From an uncultured Eubacteriales bacterium (lineage in GTDB: Bacteria > Bacillota > Clostridia > Christensenellales > CAG-314), in NCBI GenBank assembly GCA_900546875.1, contig URET01000001.1, forward strand, positions 226,069 to 290,068: a stretch of 64,000 bases of DNA, written 5' to 3'. Numbering within the stretch: position 1 is the first letter of the stretch; every line of letters begins with the position of its first letter. A program made the position numbers and the translations under genes. Of the stretch, positions 55,900-63,834 are shown in pieces. The notes under the pieces were generated by a model that saw only the letters and a list, made by a program, of their open reading frames with translations, made no database searches and had not been told where the DNA came from.

Positions 55900-57350
55900 A
55901 TTCTCGTTATATATTCCTTCCCGATATTGCTTTCAAACATATATGCTATATTAAACACGTCATGCTCATTGAACGTCTTCCCCATAAACTGCAGACCCAA
56001 AGGCATCCCGTTTTCATCCCTGCCGCACGGCACACTGATAGCCGGTCTGCCGGTCAAATTCCCTATTATGGTGAAAATATCGGTGTACTCGTCCAATACC
56101 GCGCATTTATCCTTCTCTTCAAAAAGCGTTGCGCCGCATGCCGCTGTCGGTGTCATAACAATATCGTATTTTGTAAATATATCCATAAAAAAGTTGATTA
56201 TAAGCGTTCTGACCCTTTTTGCCTTTTCATAGATATCGATTTCATTCCTGCCGTGAGTAACGTACTTCCCGTATATCACTCTACGTTTTGTTTCTATTCC
56301 GAAATTTTCTCCTCTTATGTCTTCTATCGCCCCGCTGCCCGTAGAATCGGCTGCTCCGTTACCGGACTTTATTCCGTCAAGCGCTCCGAAATCTTTCGCA
56401 ACCCTTCCGCAACATAACACCGCATATACGACCGGGACCATTCTGTACATATCAAAACTTATTTCCGATACCGCATAACCTTCACGTGCAAAAAAATCCG
56501 CCGCTTCCTTTACGCTCTGCCTTACCTCTTTCTTTACCTCCGGATCAAACGACTGCTTCATTACCGCTATCCTCAGCCGCTTATTGGTATAATCCAGACA
56601 ATGTGTATCAAAATTCAGATTTTCTCTTATTTCGGTGGTTTTATCGAATTTATCCGGTCCGTATACCGTTTCAAAAACCAAAAGCGAATCCTTTACGGTC
56701 TTTGTCAGTATTCCGACGTGATCAAGACTCGCCGCAAGCGGATACACACCGTGTCTGCTTATCCTTCCGAACGTTGGTTTCAGCCCGGTTATTCCGCAGT
56801 ATGACGCAGGCTGCCTTACCGATCCTCCCGTATCGGTACCGAGTGCCGCGTATACGCTCCCGACTGCTACCGCCGCCGCGCTTCCTCCGCTGCTTCCGCC
56901 CGGAGTACGCCTCGGATCCAAAGGATTCTTTACTCCCCCGAACGCCGAAGTGTCGTTCCGTGTCCCCATGGCAAATTCATCCATGTTTGTCTTACCGAGA
57001 ATCACGGCATCCTGTTCCTTCAGCTTCTTAACTGCCGTGGCATCCAAGTCAAAGGTATTCCCTCTGAACATTTCCGAAGCACAGCTCGTAGGCATCCCTT
57101 CCGTACAAAAATTATCCTTTATGCCCACCGGTATCCCGCATAATATCCCGGTATGCTTGTTGTGATAAAGCCTTCCGTCTGTCTGAAGAGCATCCTCTAC
57201 GGCTTTTTCCTTGTTCAGATATGTAAAAGCATTGATGTCTTTATACTTCTCGGTCTTATTTATGCATTCGGTAACTAACGTCCTTGCGCTTATCTCCCCG
57301 GTTTTTACCATACGCAATACAGACCATAAATCAAGCCTTGTAAGGTCCAT
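55896..57350 (-). CDS. gatA: Glutamyl/aspartyl-tRNA amidotransferase subunit A homolog (amidase-signature enzyme)
   Basis: PVGIKDNF (Lys), GGSSGGSAAAVA (cis-Ser), LGTDTGGSVRQPASYCG (Ser nucleophile), and a C-terminal NLTGRPAISVPCG...GMPLGLQFMG region like GatA; 484 aa. Confidence 0.85.
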   Translation of the reverse strand: MDLTRLDLWSVLRMVKTGEISARTLVTECINKTEKYKDINAFTYLNKEKAVEDALQTDGRLYHNKHTGILCGIPVGIKDNFCTEGMPTSCASEMFRGNTFDLDATAVKKLKEQDAVILGKTNMDEFAMGTRNDTSAFGGVKNPLDPRRTPGGSSGGSAAAVAVGSVYAALGTDTGGSVRQPASYCGITGLKPTFGRISRHGVYPLAASLDHVGILTKTVKDSLLVFETVYGPDKFDKTTEIRENLNFDTHCLDYTNKRLRIAVMKQSFDPEVKKEVRQSVKEAADFFAREGYAVSEISFDMYRMVPVVYAVLCCGRVAKDFGALDGIKSGNGAADSTGSGAIEDIRGENFGIETKRRVIYGKYVTHGRNEIDIYEKAKRVRTLIINFFMDIFTKYDIVMTPTAACGATLFEEKDKCAVLDEYTDIFTIIGNLTGRPAISVPCGRDENGMPLGLQFMGKTFNEHDVFNIAYMFESNIGKEYITRI

Positions 57351-57589
57351 TATGCGCGTCTCCCTTTCTTGTGTGCAAATAATTTAAGTTCCTCTTCTGT
57401 CAGCTCATTCTCATCATGCGCTACACCGGGAGAATGCGTCATCGGGACTCCGTCCGTATTTATCTCCTTCATCTTCTCTACGCCTTCAAGCAATTTATTT
57501 ATCCTGTCCTTTATAAACTCGACCTCATCCTTCCTGAGTTTAATCTGCGCCTCTTCCGCCAATAAAAGTATGTCTGTTGTCTGAAGCAT
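57350..57589 (-). CDS. gatC: GatC-like small subunit (atypical C-terminus)
   Basis: DILLLAEEAQIKLRKDEVEFIKDRINKLLEGVEKMKEINTDGVPMTH aligns by eye with the GatC pattern (VAKLARLELTEEE...L..I...V..L.E.DT..V.P). ATG 57589 is preferred over the ORF-track 57628. Its stop overlaps the gatA ATG. Confidence 0.65.
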   Translation of the reverse strand: MLQTTDILLLAEEAQIKLRKDEVEFIKDRINKLLEGVEKMKEINTDGVPMTHSPGVAHDENELTEEELKLFAHKKGRRA

Positions 57590-57751
57590 ATCCCGTTTCT
57601 TTCTCCCGCTTTGCTTTTTCCGTATCAAGTTTTATGCAAAGAAAAACCCGCTATTCGGCCTTTCAAACACATCCCTCCTTCAGCTTACGTCGGCATTCTG
57701 TCAGAGCAATGCATTCATTTCTATAAATAGCGTCTGTTCAACTATTTAAAT

Positions 57752-57780
57752 AGTATAACACATCGTGTCCCGTAAAGCAA
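57752..57780 (-). promoter_or_regulatory. Internal promoter with extended -10 upstream of gatC
   Basis: Minus strand TTGCTT (57775-57780), 17 nt ending TGT, TATACT (57752-57757). The perfect 12-bp palindrome CTATTTAAATAG (57742-57753) overlaps the -10/+1 region. Confidence 0.5.
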
Positions 57781-57781
57781 G

Positions 57782-59725
57782 TTATTTTTTCAATTCTTTT
57801 ATCAATCGTGCCTTATCCCATATCTCTACATTGAGCTTCAAGGCTTTCTCGAGCTTAGCTCCCGCGTTTTCTCCGGCTACCACTATGTCCGTGTTTTTTG
57901 TCACGGAGCTCATGACTTCACCGCCTTCTTCCTCTATCAGCTTCTTCGCTTCAGAACGCACGAGTCCTTCCAGTTCTCCCGTCAGAACAAATTTCATGCC
58001 CGAAAATATTCCCTCTTTCTTTTCGGAATAAATCGGCTTCACCCCTGCCGCAAGCAGTCTTCCGATCATTTTGACGTTTTCCGCATCCGAGAAGTAATCC
58101 TTTATGCTTCCCGCCACCACTTCTCCTATATCTTCTATAGCAGTAAGCTCCTCGACAGAAGCCTGCATTATCTTCTCGAGACTGCCGTATCTTTCAGCCA
58201 AGTCAGCCGCAGTCTTGGTCCCGACGTTTTCGATCCCCAATGCATACAAAAATGCCGGCAAACTCATTTCTTTGCTCTTTTCTATCGAGTCTGTTATCTT
58301 TGCCGCCTTCTTTTCTTTAAAGCCTTCAAGCTCCATCAACTGACTAGTCTTCAGCGCATACAACCCGTCCGGGGAGATCACTCCGAGTTTCTCGTAAAAA
58401 AGCTTCAGCGTCTTTTCGCTCAGCCCTTCTATATCGGCTCCGTCCTTTGAACAATACAGCTCAAGTCTGGCTACTATTTGTTCACTGCACCCGTTCCTGT
58501 TAGGACAATAAAGCAACGCTCCTCTTTCTATCAGCGGCGTTCCGCATACGGGACATACTTCCGGAGCCTTTATCTCTTCGCTCTCTTCTCCTTCTTCCGC
58601 CAATCCGAGTACTTCAGGTATCACGTCGTTGCTTCTCCTCACGTATACATCAGAATTGGTTTTCAATGACTTTTTGCGTATATCTCCGATATTATTCAAC
58701 GTTGCTCTGCTTATCGTCGCTCCGCACAGTTCAACCGGCTTAAGATGCCCTATCGGGGTCACCTTCCCGGTCCTGCCGGGCATCCATGTGACTTTTAAAA
58801 GCTTTGTCACCACTTCCTCCGCTTCAAATTTGAAAGCTACCGCCCACCGGGGAAATTTTTCGGTGTATCCCAGTTCTTCTCGCAATGCAAAATCATCTGT
58901 CTTTATCACCACACCGTCTATATCAAAATCGAGTGAATCACGCGTTCTGCCGATCTCTTCGATCACAGCCCTGATCTCTTCATAAGTTTCGCATCTGCGG
59001 AATACGCCGTTTGTGGCGAATCTGTTCTCCTTCAGAAATTCATTCAGCTCCGTCTGACTTCTCAGCTTCAACGTGTTATATCCCAGACTGTAAAAAACCA
59101 TATCCAGCTTCCGGCCGGCTGTTACGGTCGGATCAAGATTCCTTATTGCCCCCGCCACACCGTTCCGCGTATTCTTCAACGGTTCATCAGCGTGCTTTTC
59201 ATTATACGCGGCAAGAGAGGATCTTTTCATGTATCCCTCCCCTCTTACCTCTATCAATTCTTTGTATCCTATCGAAAGCGGTACGGAATTTATCGTTTCC
59301 ACCTGTCTTGTGACCACTTCTCCCGTTACCCCGTTGCCCCTGGTGACTGCACGTATCAACAATCCGTTTTCATACGTGATACTCAGACTAAGCCCGTCAT
59401 ATTTATACTCCACAGTAAATACGACCCCGGGATAAGCCGTCTTTATTTTCGTGACCCACGCTTCGAGTTCATTGAAACTCTGTACTTTATCAAGACTGTA
59501 TGACTTCTCAAGATGATTGTATTTCTCAAAATTCTTGAGAGGCTCTCCTCCTATCCTTCTTGTAGGTGAATCCGGAAGCACTCTCCCTTCCTTTTTTTCC
59601 AATGCCGTCAGCCTATCGTACAGAGCATCGTAATGTTGATCCGAAACGCTCGGTGCGTCAAGCACGTAATACTCATAAGCCCACCTGTTGAGCGTTTCCA
59701 CCATTTCTTCCATGGTCATTTCCAT
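57782..59725 (-). CDS. ligA: NAD-dependent DNA ligase
   Basis: Adenylation motif EYKYDGLS, zinc finger CPVCGTPLIERGALLYCPN..C, HhH region, and the C-terminal BRCT (FVLTGEL). 647 aa. Confidence 0.93.
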   Translation of the reverse strand: MEMTMEEMVETLNRWAYEYYVLDAPSVSDQHYDALYDRLTALEKKEGRVLPDSPTRRIGGEPLKNFEKYNHLEKSYSLDKVQSFNELEAWVTKIKTAYPGVVFTVEYKYDGLSLSITYENGLLIRAVTRGNGVTGEVVTRQVETINSVPLSIGYKELIEVRGEGYMKRSSLAAYNEKHADEPLKNTRNGVAGAIRNLDPTVTAGRKLDMVFYSLGYNTLKLRSQTELNEFLKENRFATNGVFRRCETYEEIRAVIEEIGRTRDSLDFDIDGVVIKTDDFALREELGYTEKFPRWAVAFKFEAEEVVTKLLKVTWMPGRTGKVTPIGHLKPVELCGATISRATLNNIGDIRKKSLKTNSDVYVRRSNDVIPEVLGLAEEGEESEEIKAPEVCPVCGTPLIERGALLYCPNRNGCSEQIVARLELYCSKDGADIEGLSEKTLKLFYEKLGVISPDGLYALKTSQLMELEGFKEKKAAKITDSIEKSKEMSLPAFLYALGIENVGTKTAADLAERYGSLEKIMQASVEELTAIEDIGEVVAGSIKDYFSDAENVKMIGRLLAAGVKPIYSEKKEGIFSGMKFVLTGELEGLVRSEAKKLIEEEGGEVMSSVTKNTDIVVAGENAGAKLEKALKLNVEIWDKARLIKELKK

Positions 59726-59727
59726 AT

Positions 59728-61923
59728 CTACTTCTCCAAAATCTTTATAGGCGCGTACTCCAAAGACAAGGTCTTGACCCCTATATCCTTGAACGCCACA
59801 TCTATTTTATCTTTGTTGACCGAAATTACAAGCCCTATACCAAATGACCTGTGCATGATCTTCATTCCGCTTCTGTATTCATCCTGTTTCGCTCTGATTT
59901 CTTTTTTGTCAACAATATCCTTCCTTCCATTGGCGTATGACCTTGTATATATGCTCGGGCTCGCTTTTTCGTCTTCACTTTCATCTAAAGCTTCAGATTC
60001 CGCGCTTTCATTCTCCGCCAGCTCCCCGATCTCCCGGAAAAATTCCGAACCGCTCATATATCGGCGTTCGCCGTGAAGAAATCTCGACTCGCATCTCGTT
60101 ACAAAAAGATTCTTCATCGCCCTTGTTACCGCAACATACATCAGTCGTCTTTCTTCGTTCAGCTCCTCGGCGTCATACATCGCCCTTGCTATTGGAAATA
60201 TCCCGCTCTCCACCCCGATTATGAACACATTGCTGAATTCCAGCCCTTTCGCGGAATGTACGGTCGCTATCGTCACGTAATTCCCGTCGTCCATACTGTC
60301 GCTATCGCTTTGAAGAGAAACCGTCTGAAGAAAATCCCTGAGCTTTCCGTCCGGAAAGTTTTTTATAAAATCTTCCGCTGCCTGCAAAAATTCATCTGCA
60401 TGCATTGCTCTCTCAAAATTATCGTCAACGTTTTCCAAAGCGCCTCTGATGTCCACCTTCCGATATAACTCTTCTACCAGCCTCAGAACGTTTTCTTTTT
60501 CCGCAAACTCGCCCAACTCGTTTATCACGGTAAAAAATTCCTTTAGCCTGCGCTTCACAGCCGTCGTGACTCCCTGCAATCCGTCAGCCCCGCCTGCGAC
60601 CTCAAGTGCCGACATACCTTTCTCCTGCGCCATATCGAGTATCAAAGACAATGTCTTTTCTCCTATCCCGCGTTTAGGAAAATTTATTATCCGCGCAAAT
60701 GCTTCGTTATCAAAAGGATTATCCGTCAAGCGTAAATAAGCGATTATGTCCTTGATCTCCTTCCTCTCGAAAAACCTGAATCCTCCGAATACTTTATATT
60801 TCACGCCGTACTTCATGAACTCCTGCTCAAAAGCACGCGAAGTCGCATTCATCCGCATCAGTACAGCAAAATCCTTTTGTCTGTAACCTTCGTTGCTTAT
60901 AAGCCATGCTATTTTGTTCACTACATAATAAGCTTCGTCCCCTTCGGTCCTTGCCGCGTATACCGTAACGGGACTTCCCGTTTCATTATCAGTCCAAAGC
61001 TTCTTTTCAAATCTTTCGCTGTTTCCGCTTATTATCTTGTTCGCCGCTTCCAATATCTTTTTAGTGGAACGATAATTCTGCTCCAATTTTATTATTTTTA
61101 CTTCGGGAAAATCTTTTTTGAAATCATATATATTCCGTATATCCGCGCCCCGCCATCCGTATATGGACTGATCATCGTCTCCTACTACAAATATGTTCCC
61201 ATGCTTCTCTGCCAAAAGCCTTAACATCAGATACTGTACCCTGTTTGTGTCCTGAAATTCGTCTACACTTATATACAAAAACCTCTTTCGGTATTTCTCC
61301 AGGACCTCGGCATCGTTTTTAAAAAGAGTATAACAATTATACAACAGATCGTCAAAATCCATTGCATTGTTTTCTTTTAAGGTCTCGTTGTATTTTTCTA
61401 TGACTTCGCGTATCAGTTCGCCGTTTTTATCGGTAATCAAATATTCGTTAAAGTATTCTTCGGGCGTGAGAGCTTCGTTTTTCGCAGTTCCCGCATGATA
61501 AAGAAAATTTATCTTGCTCTCGCTTTCCGTCAGCGTGAATTTTTTGAGCACGTTCTTCATCACATGCTCGCTTTCAGCTGACGTATAGATCGAAAATCCG
61601 GATGAATATCTGCCGTGCAGAGAATTTGTTTCATATCTTAAAATACGGGAACACATACTGTGTATCGTCGACACCAGCATTCGTCCCGTATTTCCGTCCA
61701 AAAGATTTTCTAACCGGCGGCTCATTTCATTCGCCGCTTTATTCGTAAACGTTATGGCAAGGATATTATCCGGATCGATCCCCGCTTCATTGACCATGTA
61801 CGCTATTCTGTTGGTAAGCACCCTCGTCTTCCCGCTGCCGGCTCCGGCCAGAACCATTACGGGACCGTGCACAGCCTTCACGGCGCTTTCCTGACATGCG
61901 TTCAATCCTTGCAGCTCTATCAA
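59728..61923 (-). CDS. pcrA: ATP-dependent DNA helicase PcrA (UvrD family)
   Basis: LNACQESAV, AGAGSGKT, VDEFQDTN, TIHSAKGLEF-like TVHSAKGLEF. TTG start abuts the yerC stop. 731 aa. Confidence 0.92.
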   Translation of the reverse strand: MIELQGLNACQESAVKAVHGPVMVLAGAGSGKTRVLTNRIAYMVNEAGIDPDNILAITFTNKAANEMSRRLENLLDGNTGRMLVSTIHSMCSRILRYETNSLHGRYSSGFSIYTSAESEHVMKNVLKKFTLTESESKINFLYHAGTAKNEALTPEEYFNEYLITDKNGELIREVIEKYNETLKENNAMDFDDLLYNCYTLFKNDAEVLEKYRKRFLYISVDEFQDTNRVQYLMLRLLAEKHGNIFVVGDDDQSIYGWRGADIRNIYDFKKDFPEVKIIKLEQNYRSTKKILEAANKIISGNSERFEKKLWTDNETGSPVTVYAARTEGDEAYYVVNKIAWLISNEGYRQKDFAVLMRMNATSRAFEQEFMKYGVKYKVFGGFRFFERKEIKDIIAYLRLTDNPFDNEAFARIINFPKRGIGEKTLSLILDMAQEKGMSALEVAGGADGLQGVTTAVKRRLKEFFTVINELGEFAEKENVLRLVEELYRKVDIRGALENVDDNFERAMHADEFLQAAEDFIKNFPDGKLRDFLQTVSLQSDSDSMDDGNYVTIATVHSAKGLEFSNVFIIGVESGIFPIARAMYDAEELNEERRLMYVAVTRAMKNLFVTRCESRFLHGERRYMSGSEFFREIGELAENESAESEALDESEDEKASPSIYTRSYANGRKDIVDKKEIRAKQDEYRSGMKIMHRSFGIGLVISVNKDKIDVAFKDIGVKTLSLEYAPIKILEK

Positions 61924-62241
61924 TTATTTTTCCTCTTTCTCTTCTTCCGCTTTTTTATTCAGTCTCTCTATTACCGCCACATATCCGCCGTTACCATATT
62001 CCAGGCTTCTGTTTATCCTGCTTATCGTCGCCGTACTTGCCTTTGTTATATATGAAATGGCATTATACGTTACTTTCTCATATAATAAACGCGATACATA
62101 AAATCTCTGCGCAAATGACTTAAGCTCCGACATGCTGCATAAATCTTCAAAAAACATGTAACAATCATCCAAAGTTTCAAGAGTAAGGATCCCGTTGAAC
62201 AAATCATCCAACTCCTTGCTCCTAATTTTATCGTTTGCCAT
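61924..62241 (-). CDS. yerC: TrpR-like YerC/YecD-family protein
   Basis: FFEDLCSMSELKSFAQRF.V...L.....Y..I...T.ASTATISRINRSL.YG.GGY. ATG 62239-62241 follows AAGGAG (the ORF-track GTG at 62289 is unlikely). Confidence 0.8.
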   Translation of the reverse strand: MANDKIRSKELDDLFNGILTLETLDDCYMFFEDLCSMSELKSFAQRFYVSRLLYEKVTYNAISYITKASTATISRINRSLEYGNGGYVAVIERLNKKAEEEKEEK

Positions 62242-62323
62242 AATTTTTTTCTCCTTTAGCTTTTTATTAAACAAGAAACGGTAATACACTTTCCCGCTTT
62301 AATGTAAAACTACTTATATACTG

Positions 62324-62332
62324 ATTATACCA
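62324..62332 (-). promoter_or_regulatory. Extended -10 promoter element (TGGTATAAT) upstream of yerC
   Basis: Minus strand TGGTATAAT lies about 80 nt upstream of the yerC ATG. The -35 is weak (TAGCTT). An A8G/CT8 hairpin at 62341-62361 sits just upstream. Confidence 0.45.
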
Positions 62333-62385
62333 AATACTTTAAAAAAAAGCTACTTTTTTTTCGGAAATTTACGCACGATTTTAAC

Positions 62386-62781
62386 TTATTTTTTACTATC
62401 CTCTCTGTACCTTTCCACCATCCTCCTGTATCGCTCGGCTAGCTCCAGTATTTTCTGAGATTGCTTCTCGGGCGGAAGTTTGTCCACGCCCTCTTCCTCA
62501 CTCAATACTTTTATCGGGTTCGTTACCGTCTCGCCGCTCCTCAGCAACTTGACTACCCGCGCATAAAACTCCTCTTCCTTCCTGTATTGCTCGGGGTGAT
62601 AAAACTGCATCGCCAAAGCCCTTTTATCACTGTTTATCTCCGCATCAGGGCTCCTGCCCTCCTTTTCGGCGGCGCTTCGTAAATTATCCCATTCGGTAAG
62701 CTTGCTGTCCCAAAATCCTCCCTTCATCCGTTTCTTGGCTTCCTTAGCATAATTTCGATTCTCGTCAGTCTTGTTCGCCAT
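62386..62781 (-). CDS. Hypothetical charged/helical protein
   Basis: 131 aa from ATG 62779-62781 (GGAGG 8 nt upstream). Lys/Glu/Arg-rich, with no motif I recognise. The ORF-track start 62847 lacks an RBS. Confidence 0.5.
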   Translation of the reverse strand: MANKTDENRNYAKEAKKRMKGGFWDSKLTEWDNLRSAAEKEGRSPDAEINSDKRALAMQFYHPEQYRKEEEFYARVVKLLRSGETVTNPIKVLSEEEGVDKLPPEKQSQKILELAERYRRMVERYREDSKK

Positions 62782-62825
62782 TTTAATGCCCTCCGCCCCT
62801 TTTTTCGACATTGCCTTATAACACA

Positions 62826-62853
62826 AACTGCTCGCCCTTCCGGACAAGCAGTT
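62826..62853 (-). terminator. Weak stem-loop after rpsU (possible terminator/attenuator)
   Basis: Minus strand AACTGCT-(14 nt)-AGCAGTT followed by TGTGTTAT; the U-tract is poor. Confidence 0.3.
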
Positions 62854-62861
62854 CTCTTTCT

Positions 62862-63041
62862 TTAACCCTTATTATTACGCTTACGCGCCGCTTCAGCTTT
62901 CTTCTTGCGACGTACGCTTGGCTTTTCATAGTGTTCTTTACGTCTGAGATCACCGATAATGCCGTCCCGCGCGCATTTTCTCTTGAACCTGCGCAGAGCG
63001 GAGTCCAACGTTTCGTTTTCGCCTACTCTTATAACCGACAC
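62862..63041 (-). CDS. rpsU: 30S ribosomal protein S21 (59 aa; below the ORF-track cutoff)
   Basis: Hand translation from GTG 63039-63041: [67 protein letters not shown] 8-9 nt upstream. Confidence 0.92.
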   Translation of the reverse strand: MSVIRVGENETLDSALRRFKRKCARDGIIGDLRRKEHYEKPSVRRKKKAEAARKRNNKG

Positions 63042-63093
63042 CCTTCTCGCCTCCTTCCCAAACGGTTTTACTTATGACTCAGTCACCTTTCTT

Positions 63094-63121
63094 ATTATAT
63101 TCATTTTTACCCATATGTCAA
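63094..63121 (-). promoter_or_regulatory. Consensus promoter of rpsU
   Basis: Minus strand TTGACA (63116-63121), 16 nt, TATAAT (63094-63099). Confidence 0.65.
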
Positions 63122-63487
63122 TCGTATTTCAGGCTGAATCGAAAATTTCTGATTCTTTTTGCTACCCGTTCCCTCCTTCGTCAGCACGCTTCCGCCATAC
63201 ATCTTGCGCTGTGTTTCTTCTTTTCTCCTTTCCCGATCCGCGTCCGCACGCTTAATCTGAATGAACAGTCTCTTTCACTTTTCGCCCCGATATATCCCGG
63301 GCAGACCCGAACTCTCCCGCCGTTCTTTCCTCTCTTCCTTATCTTACCTATTCATTTATCTTTAGTTTTACCTTCGGCAATCTCCTCTTCATGAAACGTC
63401 ACTTCTGAGACACCTCATGTCCGCTGCTTTTCTGTGTACTTCCTCTTCCTTCCTCATACTTTCTCGCGCTCTGTCTCTTCCCTCAAC

Positions 63488-63823
63488 TCAATCCCCGGGA
63501 AGCTTTTCTCCGCCGAGTATATGGATATGCAGATGAGGAACTGTCTGACCTCCGTTTTCTCCCTGGTTTATTATCAATCTGTATCCTTCGGTCAGTCCGA
63601 GAGTATCCTTCAGTCTGCCGATTTTCTCAAAGCATTCCGCAAGCCCGGCTTTCCTCTTTTCATCAAGCTCATCCAGCCCCTTATAGTGCTCCTTCGGTAC
63701 CGCCAGGTAATGCAGCTTAGCCTTGGGAGCTATATCCGCTATGATTATCATATCATCGTCTTCATAATACCTCTTTGAAGGAATCTCCCCCTTTACGATT
63801 TTACAGAATACACAATTTTCCAT
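63488..63823 (-). CDS. HIT-family (histidine triad) nucleotide hydrolase
   Basis: CVFCKI zinc-like motif and the histidine triad HLHIHILGG. ATG 63821-63823 follows AAGGAGG. Confidence 0.9.
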   Translation of the reverse strand: MENCVFCKIVKGEIPSKRYYEDDDMIIIADIAPKAKLHYLAVPKEHYKGLDELDEKRKAGLAECFEKIGRLKDTLGLTEGYRLIINQGENGGQTVPHLHIHILGGEKLPGD

Positions 63824-63834
63824 CACTTTCCTCC

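Noticed and set aside
55013-55954. 313-aa plus-strand ORF, the longest of several long antisense ORFs. Others are 20895-21713, 31820-32602, 33976-34749, 44811-45545, 37376-38092, 46060-46740 and 35196-35825.
   Set aside because: Each lies entirely antisense to a minus-strand gene with strong motif support (PurM-like, gcvPA, pepT, kbl and others). Their products are low-complexity Ser/Pro/Ala- or Arg/Tyr/His/Cys-rich strings without an RBS, which is typical of shadow frames in codon-biased genes.
63074-63394. Plus-strand ORFs (62959-63255, 63074-63394, 63434-63778) in the hinT-rpsU spacer.
   Set aside because: They are Leu/Phe/Ser/Pro-rich translations of a pyrimidine tract with no RBS, and they overlap the rpsU promoter or hinT in antisense. 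The tract itself is reported as a non-coding oddity instead.
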